Positions 8,966-18,736 are shown, counted from the first letter of the stretch. The stretch is DNA of 64,000 nucleotides from Candidatus Omnitrophota bacterium (GCA_031423615.1 JANPFV010000104.1:32170-96169); one strand, 5' to 3'. The notes: generated from the letters alone by a model not told the origin. Translations and numbers: made by a program.

Positions 8966-10845
8966 GAATTATTGATGAAGCGTAAATAATCTTCGATTTT
9001 TCCGTCACGCATACAGCATTCAATGATTTGCTGACCCAGCGGATCGAGGCCCGGATCCTTAAGATAGACAGACAATTCCTTTTTAAAAAAGTCCGTTAAG
9101 ATTTTCGCGCCGATATCGTATGTTTCTTCGCCAACTTCCGGTTGCACTTCCACCTGCAGAAAGTCCCGGTTCAGGAAAAACCCTTCAATCTGCAAGGATT
9201 GGGCGGTGTAGCCTAAAAGCGGGCAGCGGGCGGGTTCTAATTGGTTTGGCTTAAAGAAGGCGCTTCCTCGACGGGCGAGATACTCGCGCACAATCCATTG
9301 CGGCATAAAGCCCACTTTCCACGCCCCAATATATTGATTGGGCGTGAGAGAATATTTGGTGCGCGGAGTTTGGATGATCTGTTTTAAAAGTAAATTGGCT
9401 TGATCCACACGGCGGCCCGTTGCGAAAGGCCAATAGGAACCGACCCCTTCGCTGGACATGCCTTCCGTCGCGGTAATGCTGGGATTGTCATACCCGCGCG
9501 GTGAAACCAAACGCCACAACCACGCTAAGGAACGCGGCAAAATATGAAGCATGCCGATGATTCCGTAGGTGGGATTTTCCGTCGTGCAAGGAGGGGTGCG
9601 GATCCCGAAACTGCGGATGTTGACTTCCACTGGATTGCGGACAATGCCCGGCACGATATCCCGAGGAATAATCACCCGCGGATTAGGGCACGGAATTCCG
9701 GGGGCATCTTCCGTGGGTTCCCAGATCAAGCAGGTGGCTTTGGGAACGGAATAAAGATTTAAAAAGACGAGGGGCTCTTTGGGGGCCATGGTCATTTCTT
9801 CCATAAAGCGGTCGGTGCCGTATTTGGTGATGTGGTTGACGCGCACAAACCAGCCTTGCTCCGCATCTTGGACGATCAATTTTCCGTTTTCACCTTGGAT
9901 CGACGGCGGGCAAAGAGCCATGTCATCGGTCACCGGATTTAAACGGCAGCCTTGAAAAAGAGGAATATATCGGCTTTTGCCGGTGACAATGTTGGTCCCG
10001 GTCAGTAAGCGGCCGTCGGGTTCGCGGTGCGGATACTGCAGCATTTCGCTTTTCCCGCCGCCGCTGGCCCCTTCGTGCATGATGACCAATTCATTATCAT
10101 AAGGTGTGGTGACAACAACGGTTGAACCGTGGGCCGTAATCCAGCCTTCCTTTTCACCGAGATTTAAAAGAACGCCGTAAATCCCTTTTTTAGCGCTGGG
10201 GCCGGGATAGAGGTTGAGAGAAAAAATTTCATGGATATTGTCTCCGCGGTGATGGACGACAATTTGCTTGCCCTGACAATGCGTATGGCGGAATGTGGGG
10301 GCCAAGAAAATGACAGCCTTGGGCGCCCAAATTTCGGGAAGGTCTTTTTTATTGACCATGCCCTGCAGGCTGGCCAGCGACGCGGCAAAGAAGGCGGCGT
10401 TTTTCGGGCCAATCAAAAGCGAGGTGTATCCGAGCTCCTTGCTGCCGGAATAAAACGGTACGATAAGAAGGTCCTGATCTTTGAGCCATTCAATGACTTC
10501 CTTGCGAAACTGCGGGAAAGGCGTTTTGAACCTGTCGCTGAAATGCGCCTTGTCCGTGGCTTTTCCGTCGGCAATGACCATAGTGTCCGGATCGCGGCGG
10601 CGCATATAAGATTCAGGATAGTTGGCGGCGATCCCGTTTTTACAACGGTCAACTGTGGCTTCAATCACGCGGCCATGCCCAGGAATATCATAGGCGACTT
10701 CGAAGCTGTCCGTTTCAGGGCTTCCTAAAGACAGGGAGGCCAATTCATGAAAATCCTTGGCAATTGTTACACTTTTGGCATTTTCGAATAATTCGGCCAA
10801 TTCGTTGTTGGCGAGAAATTTTTTCCAGTCCGTGGCTGCGATCAT
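8962..10845 (-). CDS. DUF4914-family PEP-carboxykinase-like P-loop protein
   Basis: YMRRRDPD, YPGPSAKKG, TAHGS, Walker A HEGASGGGKSEM, VTDDMA, NPRV, EGVGSYWPFATG; SD AGGAG upstream. Confidence 0.8.
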   Translation of the reverse strand: MIAATDWKKFLANNELAELFENAKSVTIAKDFHELASLSLGSPETDSFEVAYDIPGHGRVIEATVDRCKNGIAANYPESYMRRRDPDTMVIADGKATDKAHFSDRFKTPFPQFRKEVIEWLKDQDLLIVPFYSGSKELGYTSLLIGPKNAAFFAASLASLQGMVNKKDLPEIWAPKAVIFLAPTFRHTHCQGKQIVVHHRGDNIHEIFSLNLYPGPSAKKGIYGVLLNLGEKEGWITAHGSTVVVTTPYDNELVIMHEGASGGGKSEMLQYPHREPDGRLLTGTNIVTGKSRYIPLFQGCRLNPVTDDMALCPPSIQGENGKLIVQDAEQGWFVRVNHITKYGTDRFMEEMTMAPKEPLVFLNLYSVPKATCLIWEPTEDAPGIPCPNPRVIIPRDIVPGIVRNPVEVNIRSFGIRTPPCTTENPTYGIIGMLHILPRSLAWLWRLVSPRGYDNPSITATEGMSSEGVGSYWPFATGRRVDQANLLLKQIIQTPRTKYSLTPNQYIGAWKVGFMPQWIVREYLARRGSAFFKPNQLEPARCPLLGYTAQSLQIEGFFLNRDFLQVEVQPEVGEETYDIGAKILTDFFKKELSVYLKDPGLDPLGQQIIECCMRDGKIEDYLRFINNS

Positions 10846-10863
10846 GTGAACTCCTAAGTCTGC

Positions 10864-12015
10864 TTAAATCGTTGAGTTGAGAAACTGCAGGATGTTTTTT
10901 GCTGCCCGGTGACTCGCCCCGTTTTCACCCAGTGAAGATTTGACTTTTCCCAAATCTTCCCGGATGCGGTCGAACTCCGCCGGGTCATGATATATCTTTT
11001 TCAGTGCCTCCGCGATGTTTTTTCCGTTCGCGTCATCTTGTAAACATTCGGGAACAATTTTTTTTCCGGCCACCACATTGACGAGCCCGATGTAAGGGAT
11101 CCGGATTAAGGCTTTGGCCAACACAAAAGTCAGGTAAGACGTTTTATAAACCACGACCATGGGTTTCAGCAAGAGAGCGGTCTCGAGCGTGGCCGTTCCG
11201 GACGCCACCATGCAGACGTCGCAGGCATTCAATCCATTATAAAAATGACCAGCAAGGATTTTAAGCGGTAAAGTCCGTTTTGTCAAAAATTTTTCAAACA
11301 ATCCATTGTCAAGATGAGGCGCCTTGAGAATTAAAAATTGAAAGCGCGAATCTTCCTTATTGATGATCTGGGCCGCATCGAGCATCGGCGGCAGCAAGGA
11401 CTCGACTTCCTTTTGTCGCGAGCCGGGAAGAAGGCCGATGGTGAATTTATCGGCGGACAGTCCGAGGTTTAATAATGTCCGTTCACGCTTAACGGTAATA
11501 TGGACCTCATCGGCCAAAGGGTGCCCCACAAAATCGACATCGACCCCCCGGTCAGCATAAAATTTCTTTTCAAAATCGAAAAGAACCAGCATGCGGTCGA
11601 CATTTTTCTTGATGAGGCTGATGCGGTTTTCTTTCCAGGCCCACACTTGCGGGCTGATGTAGTAAATGACCGTGACGCCCATTTTTTTTAAACGGGCGGC
11701 CAGGCGAAGATTGAATCCCGGATAGTCCACAAGGATAACGGCGCGCGGTTTGCGGACATCGACATTTTTTAGAAATGCTTCGAAACAGCGACGGAACTCT
11801 CCGTAATGTTTGAGGACTTCAAAGAAACCCACGACAGCAAATTTTGTGAAATCTTCATCGGTGGCGACACCTGCCGCCTGCATTTTGGGTCCGCCCAGTC
11901 CGGAAAAGGTGACGGAAGAATCCAGGTCTTTGATCGCTTTGACGAGTGCGGCGGCGTGGCTGTCCCCGGAAATTTCTCCGGCGACGATCATAATGTGAGA
12001 AGAAATTTTTGTCAT
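10864..12015 (-). CDS. lpxB: lipid-A-disaccharide synthase
   Basis: AGEISGD, DYPGFN, ISPQVWAW, VGHPL, LLPGSR, SGTATLE. Confidence 0.96.
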   Translation of the reverse strand: MTKISSHIMIVAGEISGDSHAAALVKAIKDLDSSVTFSGLGGPKMQAAGVATDEDFTKFAVVGFFEVLKHYGEFRRCFEAFLKNVDVRKPRAVILVDYPGFNLRLAARLKKMGVTVIYYISPQVWAWKENRISLIKKNVDRMLVLFDFEKKFYADRGVDVDFVGHPLADEVHITVKRERTLLNLGLSADKFTIGLLPGSRQKEVESLLPPMLDAAQIINKEDSRFQFLILKAPHLDNGLFEKFLTKRTLPLKILAGHFYNGLNACDVCMVASGTATLETALLLKPMVVVYKTSYLTFVLAKALIRIPYIGLVNVVAGKKIVPECLQDDANGKNIAEALKKIYHDPAEFDRIREDLGKVKSSLGENGASHRAAKNILQFLNSTI

Positions 12016-12019
12016 GATC

Positions 12020-12991
12020 TTAGGTTTTGACGAGGGCGGCCATTTTAATCCGCTGGGCGATCTGGGATTGGGCGGCGCTGATGCTGTCGCAGATTTTCAG
12101 AGCCAGTTTGAGCGCATCACGGCCCTCGACACCGGACACGACCGGTGTTCTATTCTCTCGGACACATTCAATGAAGGATTTGAGTTCTTCTTTCAAGGGT
12201 TCTTCTTTTTGGATAGGAAGAGCATGTTTGGAGATCAAGTCGCCATGTTTGCGGTAAATAAACGCTTCTTGTTTGACGTAGTCCAGCGAAATGTAGGAAT
12301 CGATGGTAAAAATACGGATTTTGCGCATCACCTCGTCGGACACGCGGCTGGCGGTCAAATTGCAGACGCAGCCATTGTCAAAAACCACGCGGACGCTGGC
12401 GATATCTTCCATCGGTGTGAGAACATTGATCCCTACGGCGTGAAAATCTTTGACAGGACTGTCGTCATTGATGCCAAGAATGATGTCTAAGTCATGAATC
12501 ATCAAGTCCATGACGACCCCGATGTCTAAAGAACGGTTGGGAAATTTATTGAGACGATGGCATTCAATAAAAAGAGGATGCTTGGTAAAATGTTTGATGG
12601 CCATAAATGCGGAATTGAAACGTTCCACATGCCCGACTTGCAATTTGAGATTGTTTTTTTCGGCGAGGGCAATGAGTTCATCGGCCTGGCCGACGTCCAT
12701 GGTTATGGGTTTTTCGATAAAAGTATGGATATTATTTTGGAGAAAGAATTTTCCGATTTCATAATGCAAAGTCGTGGGAACGCAAATATTGACCGCGTCG
12801 ATTTTCCCCACCAGATCGCGGTAATTTTCAAAAAAAGGGACGCGATAATGCCGGGCCAGGCGTTCGGTGCGATCTTCCTTAATATCGCAAACCCCAACCA
12901 CATTCACAATATTCTTAAGTTCACAATAGACTTTCAGATGACGGGACCCCAAATGACCGATACCGATAATGGCAACATTGACCTTTTTCAT
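12020..12991 (-). CDS. Gfo/Idh/MocA oxidoreductase, GnnA-like (UDP-GlcNAc 3-dehydrogenase)
   Basis: GIGHLG, EKP, QVGHVERFN, DLMIHDLD, TASRVS; adjacent to lpxB; start at MKKV. Confidence 0.8.
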   Translation of the reverse strand: MKKVNVAIIGIGHLGSRHLKVYCELKNIVNVVGVCDIKEDRTERLARHYRVPFFENYRDLVGKIDAVNICVPTTLHYEIGKFFLQNNIHTFIEKPITMDVGQADELIALAEKNNLKLQVGHVERFNSAFMAIKHFTKHPLFIECHRLNKFPNRSLDIGVVMDLMIHDLDIILGINDDSPVKDFHAVGINVLTPMEDIASVRVVFDNGCVCNLTASRVSDEVMRKIRIFTIDSYISLDYVKQEAFIYRKHGDLISKHALPIQKEEPLKEELKSFIECVRENRTPVVSGVEGRDALKLALKICDSISAAQSQIAQRIKMAALVKT

Positions 12992-12998
12992 AGGCTTA

Positions 12999-13027
12999 AC
13001 ATTAACAAATCCCTCGACAAAAGTCAA
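12999..13027 (-). promoter_or_regulatory. putative sigma70 promoter giving a leaderless gnnA-lpxB mRNA
   Basis: minus strand TTGACT-17 nt-TAATGT with TG extension, ending 7 nt before ATG 12991; no SD. Confidence 0.5.
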
Positions 13028-13082
13028 CCTGCATGCTAACATCACCAATTATTTCCTAACATATTCTAAGGTTATGACTTAA

Positions 13083-14879
13083 GTGAAGAATTATTTCAAG
13101 CTGTTGGGTTTTTTAAAAGACCACCGCCGTCTTTTTATTATTGCTATTGTGATGCTGGTGATTTCCAGCCTTTTTGAAGGTATCCAATATTCGCTTTTGA
13201 TCCCTTTGACTGACCGTATTTTTAATAAAAAGCAAATCGTTTTCCCTAATCAGAACCATCTTCCTCAGGTTATCCAACAGGTCATTGACAAACTCAATGC
13301 TATGGATCCGTCGGCATTGCTGCATATTTTGCCTTGGGCCATTGTGATTCTGGTGGTCATCAAACATGTTTTTGTTTATTTTAGTTCTTATTTGATGAAT
13401 GATTTGTCCCAACGGGTCATTCGCGACATCCGCAGTAAGTTGTATGCCAAAATCCAGAGTTTTTCATTGGATTATTTCAGCGAAAGACGAACAGGTGAAT
13501 TGTTGTCCCGCATTACCAATGATGTGTCGATTGTTGAAAACGCCGTCTCCTACGGCATCACCGATCTTTTTCGTCAGAGTTTTCTTATTTTGATGTATGT
13601 TTCTGTCGCCTTTACCATCCATTTTAAGGCCGCATGCGTGATATTTTTTATTCTGCCCTTGATTGGCCTGCCATTAAGCCGGATCGGTTCCCGTTTGCGG
13701 AAATTGTCCAAACGGACCCAGGAAAATATGGCCGATGTCAATTCGATCCTGCTGGAAACGATTTCCGGCGTGCGCGTGGTCAAGGCCTTTGGCACTGAGC
13801 AATTTGAAATCAACCGGTTCCGGATAAAAAATCAAGAGGCGTACAAACTCCGGCTAAAAGCCGTGAAACGGATTTTACTCATGAATCCTATTACTGAACT
13901 TTTTGGCCTTTTGTGCGGGATTGGGGTTATTCTCTGGATGGGTCAACAGGTGATGCATGACAAGTTGTCTTTCGGTGTTTTTGGTTATTTTCTTAGTTCA
14001 ATTTTATTGATTATCAGTCCTTTGAAAAAATTGGGAAATGTCCACGCGGCGACCCAGCAGGCTCTAGCCGCCAACGAACGTATTTATGATGTTCTGGATG
14101 AAATGCCCAGTGTCCAGGAAAAGGCGGATGCCTTGCTTTTGCCTTTAATCCAGAACAATATCAAATTGGACCACGTCGATTTTCGATATGAAAAAGAAGG
14201 CCAGGAAGTCCTTAAGAATATCAGTCTCGAAATCAAGGTCGGAGAATTGGTCGCCATTGTCGGCCCCACCGGAACAGGGAAAACGACCTTGGCGAATCTC
14301 ATTCCGCGTTTTTATGATGTCACGGCCGGAGTAGTCACCGTGGATGGAAAAGATGTGCGGGACGTCACCTTTCATTCTCTTCGACGGCAAATTGGGATTG
14401 TTTCTCAGGAAACATTTCTCTTCAATGATACGGTCGGCGCCAACATTTCTTATGGGACGCCGCAGGCGACGCAAAATGATATTGAAACGGCGGCCCAGCG
14501 GGCTTATGCGCATCAATTTATTGTGAGAATGCCGGAAGGGTATGAAACCATTATCGGCGATCGTGGCTTTCGTTTGTCAGGCGGGGAAAAGCAGCGCATT
14601 GCCATTGCCCGCGCGATTCTTCGCAATCCGCCGATTCTGATCCTTGATGAAGCGACATCCCAGCTGGATTCCGAATCGGAAAAATATGTTCAGGACGCCT
14701 TGGACAAATTGATGATTGGCCGCACGGTTATTGCCATAGCGCACCGGTTATCGACCATCAAAAAAGCTAACAAAATCGTCGTGCTGGACAAGGGCGGGAT
14801 CGTTGGTTTGGGCCGCCATGAGGAATTGTTGCAGGTCGGGGGCCTTTACAAGCGTCTTTACGAAACGCAGTTTCAATAA
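13083..14879 (+). CDS. msbA: MsbA-like lipid A flippase (fused ABC TMD-NBD)
   Basis: N-terminal multi-TM domain, GPTGTGKT, LSGGEKQR, ILDEATS, IAHRLST; divergent from lpxB; GTG start. Confidence 0.85.
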   Translation: MKNYFKLLGFLKDHRRLFIIAIVMLVISSLFEGIQYSLLIPLTDRIFNKKQIVFPNQNHLPQVIQQVIDKLNAMDPSALLHILPWAIVILVVIKHVFVYFSSYLMNDLSQRVIRDIRSKLYAKIQSFSLDYFSERRTGELLSRITNDVSIVENAVSYGITDLFRQSFLILMYVSVAFTIHFKAACVIFFILPLIGLPLSRIGSRLRKLSKRTQENMADVNSILLETISGVRVVKAFGTEQFEINRFRIKNQEAYKLRLKAVKRILLMNPITELFGLLCGIGVILWMGQQVMHDKLSFGVFGYFLSSILLIISPLKKLGNVHAATQQALAANERIYDVLDEMPSVQEKADALLLPLIQNNIKLDHVDFRYEKEGQEVLKNISLEIKVGELVAIVGPTGTGKTTLANLIPRFYDVTAGVVTVDGKDVRDVTFHSLRRQIGIVSQETFLFNDTVGANISYGTPQATQNDIETAAQRAYAHQFIVRMPEGYETIIGDRGFRLSGGEKQRIAIARAILRNPPILILDEATSQLDSESEKYVQDALDKLMIGRTVIAIAHRLSTIKKANKIVVLDKGGIVGLGRHEELLQVGGLYKRLYETQFQ

Positions 14880-14957
14880 AGTGATTTTTTTCTGGCAAAT
14901 CGCAATCTATCCGGTAATATTAATTAAAGCCCAAAATCGATCAGAGAGGTTTTTCAA

Positions 14958-15707
14958 ATGAAAAAGGTATATGTCTTTTTATTCGTTTTGTTGAGTTTTT
15001 CTCTCTCGGCTATTGCTGTGCGGGCCCAAGAAATTACGGCCGATGAAATTATTAAAAAAGTTGATGAGGTCAGAAATCCGGAACTGGACTATGAGTCCGA
15101 TGTCAAGGTTGTTTCCTACAAACCCAATCGGCCGGATCATGCCAGCCGGTATGAAGTTTTCATTAAGGGTAAGGACAAAACCATTGTCAAGACCATTGAG
15201 CCGGAGAATGAACGCGGACAATCGCTTTTAATGCGAGAAAACGATTTTTGGGCTTTTTTCCCCGAAGTCTCCAAACCGATCCGTATTTCTTTGCAGCAAC
15301 GTTTAAATGGTGATGTGGCTAACGGCGACATCGCTCGTACCAATTTCGTCGGAGATTATTCGGCAAAAATTTTGCGCAAAGATAACATATCGGGAAAAGA
15401 TTTTTATGTTTTGGAATTGCTTTCTTTGCGGGACTCGACGACCTATGGCAAGATTATTCTTTGGGTCATGGCCGAAAATTTCTGGCCCGTCAAGGCGGAA
15501 TTTTACGCCATCAGTGGACGTTTTTTGAAAACATGTTCGTATGAAAATTATAAAACCATGGCCGGCAAACTTCGTCCGTCGCGTTTGGTGCTCAAAGACG
15601 CGGTCATGAAAGGCCAGTACTCGACGATTGAATACAATGATATGAAGTTAGTCGATCTTCCGGAAAAGAATTTTACCAAAGAGTACATGAATAAATTGTC
15701 GCAATGA
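14958..15707 (+). CDS. outer-membrane lipoprotein-sorting (LolA-like) periplasmic protein
   Basis: signal peptide, TADEIIKKVD, P.NERGQ.LL, W...P, Y.KIILWV pattern. Confidence 0.7.
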   Translation: MKKVYVFLFVLLSFSLSAIAVRAQEITADEIIKKVDEVRNPELDYESDVKVVSYKPNRPDHASRYEVFIKGKDKTIVKTIEPENERGQSLLMRENDFWAFFPEVSKPIRISLQQRLNGDVANGDIARTNFVGDYSAKILRKDNISGKDFYVLELLSLRDSTTYGKIILWVMAENFWPVKAEFYAISGRFLKTCSYENYKTMAGKLRPSRLVLKDAVMKGQYSTIEYNDMKLVDLPEKNFTKEYMNKLSQ

Positions 15708-15735
15708 TTTTAAGATTTTTTTCTCTGGGGAAAGA

Positions 15736-17211
15736 ATGAACCTGCGTAAAAAAGTTTTTTGTTTGGTCGTTATTTTGATGTTCCTGCCCCGTTTTGTCGC
15801 CGCCGAGGAACAGTCCGGCGGTGGCGATGATTTTGTCATCCCGGTCATCGTTGATAAAAAAGTCCCCAAGACCTATATAGAGAAAATGCTCATCCGCCTA
15901 GATGAGTTTGAAAAGAACTTGCGTTTGCAGGAAAAGTATCTGATCGTTGAAGACAGTTTATCTGACGTTCATAAAAAATATGATGATTTTCAAAAATGGG
16001 CGCATATGGAAATCCATGGCCGTCTGCAAAATCATACGGCCCTGCAGGTTTATCAACCCGGTCGGGCGACGAAATTGGAAACGCAATTGTATCTGTCCGC
16101 TGCAGGAGAAGTCACCCCGGCGTTAAAATATTTTGTTTCCGGCCGTTATAAATATGATCCTGTGTTTGATATGTCAAGCCATTACAGCGACAGTGTCAAA
16201 TCCGATGAAAAGTCCGAGCTGGAACTGCGAGACACCTATGTTGATTATTCTTGGGGCGATGTGGATTTGCGATTGGGAAAACAGCAGGTGGTGTGGGGGG
16301 AAGCGGTCGGCCTTTTTTATGCCGACGTCGTTAACGCCAAAGATTTGCGGGAATATATTTTACCGGATTTTGAATTCATTCGTATTCCCGAGTGGGGGGT
16401 GAGCGGAGAATATTCAAAGAATAATTTTCATTCGCAATTGATTTTATTGCCGGGAGTGGAATTCGATAAAACCGGTTTAGCAACATCCAACTTTGTTTTT
16501 CCATTGCCGCTGCCCAATAACGTCACGCCTTTCACAATCCCCGACCCCCAGGAACCAAAATTCGGGTTAGACAACAGTAAAGCCGGCGGACGGTTGTCTT
16601 ATCTTTTTAATGGTTTAGACCTGGGGGCCTTTTTTCTGCACAGCTGGACGTCGTTGCCTGTTATGTATCGCACGATTAACGCCGGCGTTTATGATTTTCA
16701 TCCGGATTATAAAAGGCAAAATATTTTCGGCGGAACTTTTACCAAGGAGATCAATGATTACGTTTGCAAAGGTGAGGCTGTTTATTATCCCGAGGCTTAC
16801 TTCTCGGTCATTGACCCCAGCGATACCGACGGTGTTAAGCGAAGCGGCTATCTGGATTATTTGCTCGGTGTAGATCATGTTTTTTTTGATCGCTGGGATG
16901 TCAACGTTCAGTTGACTCAACGTTGGATTATGGATTTTGACAAGACATTCTGGCAGCAAGAAAAGTTTAGTAACGGTTTTTCCGTGCGCTTGAGTCATGA
17001 CTGGATTAGCAAGAAGCTGACGACGGAAATTTTAGCTATTGTCAATTTTAATGGACCCGATTATTTGTATCGTCCCAAAATCAGTTATAGCGTGACAAAC
17101 AGTTTGAAGGTCGGGTTGGGCGCTGATATTTTTGCGGGTGACCGTTTAGGTCAATTCGGTTATTTCCGCAATCAAAGCCGCTGGTATACTGAAGTAGCCT
17201 ACAAGTTCTAG
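15736..17211 (+). CDS. outer-membrane beta-barrel protein (DUF1302-like)
   Basis: signal peptide, LRDTYVDY, LRLGKQQVVWG, amphipathic strands, C-terminal EVAYKF beta-signal. Confidence 0.7.
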   Translation: MNLRKKVFCLVVILMFLPRFVAAEEQSGGGDDFVIPVIVDKKVPKTYIEKMLIRLDEFEKNLRLQEKYLIVEDSLSDVHKKYDDFQKWAHMEIHGRLQNHTALQVYQPGRATKLETQLYLSAAGEVTPALKYFVSGRYKYDPVFDMSSHYSDSVKSDEKSELELRDTYVDYSWGDVDLRLGKQQVVWGEAVGLFYADVVNAKDLREYILPDFEFIRIPEWGVSGEYSKNNFHSQLILLPGVEFDKTGLATSNFVFPLPLPNNVTPFTIPDPQEPKFGLDNSKAGGRLSYLFNGLDLGAFFLHSWTSLPVMYRTINAGVYDFHPDYKRQNIFGGTFTKEINDYVCKGEAVYYPEAYFSVIDPSDTDGVKRSGYLDYLLGVDHVFFDRWDVNVQLTQRWIMDFDKTFWQQEKFSNGFSVRLSHDWISKKLTTEILAIVNFNGPDYLYRPKISYSVTNSLKVGLGADIFAGDRLGQFGYFRNQSRWYTEVAYKF

Positions 17212-17231
17212 GGCCACCCTAAAGAAACAGT

Positions 17232-17259
17232 TTGCCAAAAAGATTTTTTTTGTTATACT
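17232..17259 (+). promoter_or_regulatory. putative sigma70 promoter of rpsB operon
   Basis: TTGCCA, 16-nt spacer, extended -10 TGtTATACT. Confidence 0.65.
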
Positions 17260-17279
17260 ACATCCCTGTAAATTAATCC

Positions 17280-17390
17280 GTGCTTTAAACTCCACAAAAA
17301 ATGAGAGGGTTTTAAGCGCATCAACCTAAAGCATTTGCGCTCATTTGGCACTTTTTTGTGCGCGTTCGCAAATGAAAGGAAAAGAGGAGC
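17280..17390 (+). promoter_or_regulatory. structured rpsB 5' leader (candidate S2 autoregulatory element)
   Basis: stems 17280-17292/17307-17319 and CATTTGCG/CGCAAATG (17332-17339/17367-17374) before SD GAGGAG. Confidence 0.4.
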
Positions 17391-17394
17391 AGTC

Positions 17395-18189
17395 ATGCAA
17401 GATGAAGTCTTAAAGAAGTTGTTGGAATGTGGCACGCATTTCGGTCATCAAACCCGTCGTTGGAACCCCAAGATGAAGCGATTTATATTTGGCGACCGTG
17501 ACGGAATCTACATCATCGACCTTGAAAAAACTGTCCATCACTTGAACGAAGCCAGAGATTTTGCCCGCGATGTCGCCATGAAAGGCGGTTCAATCCTTTT
17601 TGTCGGGACAAAGAAACAAGCGCAGGATGTCGTAAAGTCGGAAGCGGAACGGGCCGGAATGCCGTATATCAATAACCGCTGGATGGGTGGTCTTTTGACC
17701 AATTTTCAGACTGTCCGTAAATCTATCCAAAAAATGATCAAGATTGAAAAAATGATCGAGGACGGCTCCATCAATAACCTGACCAAAAAAGAAGTCGCTC
17801 TGATGACCAAGGAAAAGGACAGACTTGTCCGTGACCTCGGCGGGATTCGCAATGTTATGGATCAGCCGAAAGCCATTTTTGTCGTTGATTCCAAGCGGGA
17901 AGAAATTGGAATCAAAGAAGCCAATCGTCTGGGCATCCCGATCATCGGTTTGATTGACACCAATTGCGATCCGGACGTGATTGATTATCCCATTCCCGGA
18001 AACGATGACGCTTTGAAATCGATCCGTTATATCATGACGGTCATCACCGACGCGATTATCGAGGGCCGTCAGGAATTTGCGCAGACCGAAAATGTCCGCC
18101 GCAAGAAGGACAGTCCTGCTGAAACGGAAATGGCTGCGGCCAAGACGGACGAAGTCCCCAGCGAAATTCCAACGACCGGCAAACAATAA
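17395..18189 (+). CDS. rpsB: 30S ribosomal protein S2
   Basis: GTHFGHQTRRWNPKM, RWMGGLLTNF, DTNCDPD, PGNDDA. Confidence 0.98.
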   Translation: MQDEVLKKLLECGTHFGHQTRRWNPKMKRFIFGDRDGIYIIDLEKTVHHLNEARDFARDVAMKGGSILFVGTKKQAQDVVKSEAERAGMPYINNRWMGGLLTNFQTVRKSIQKMIKIEKMIEDGSINNLTKKEVALMTKEKDRLVRDLGGIRNVMDQPKAIFVVDSKREEIGIKEANRLGIPIIGLIDTNCDPDVIDYPIPGNDDALKSIRYIMTVITDAIIEGRQEFAQTENVRRKKDSPAETEMAAAKTDEVPSEIPTTGKQ

Positions 18190-18205
18190 ATAAAGGGAAG
18201 GCAAG

Positions 18206-18736
18206 ATGAATATGACAGCTTCATTTGATGCAATTAAAGCCCTGCGGGATTTGACCTCCTGTGGTGTGATGGAATGCAAAAATGCTCTCGAAAAAGCGGG
18301 CGGGAATTTAGAGAAAGCCAAAGAGATTTTACAACAGCGCGGAATGGAAATGGCGGCCAAGAAAGGCGATCGTGTCGCCAAAGAGGGCCGTATTGAATCC
18401 TACGTGCACATGGGCAACAAAATTGCCGTTCTTGTCGAAGTCAATTGCGAAACCGATTTCGTCGGACGTAACGAAGATTTTATCAAATTCACCAAGGACG
18501 TGGCCATGCACATTGCCGCGATGAACCCCAAATATATCGGCGAGAAAGATGTCCCGACGGATGATTTGAATGCGGCTCAAGACAAAAAAAGTTTTTTGGC
18601 CGAGACGTGTTTGCTCAATCAACCTTTTGTCCGCGAGCCGAGCAAGACCATAGGGGAATATTTGAATTCCATCATCGCGAAGATCGGAGAAAATATTGTG
18701 ATTGGCCGATTTATCCGCTATAAGGCAGGGGAATGA
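18206..18736 (+). CDS. tsf: elongation factor Ts (short form)
   Basis: [33 protein letters not shown]; follows rpsB. Confidence 0.96.
   Translation: MNMTASFDAIKALRDLTSCGVMECKNALEKAGGNLEKAKEILQQRGMEMAAKKGDRVAKEGRIESYVHMGNKIAVLVEVNCETDFVGRNEDFIKFTKDVAMHIAAMNPKYIGEKDVPTDDLNAAQDKKSFLAETCLLNQPFVREPSKTIGEYLNSIIAKIGENIVIGRFIRYKAGE

Noticed and set aside
17590-18381. 263-aa antisense ORF over rpsB/tsf
   Set aside because: Shadow frame of highly conserved genes; no recognisable motifs of its own.
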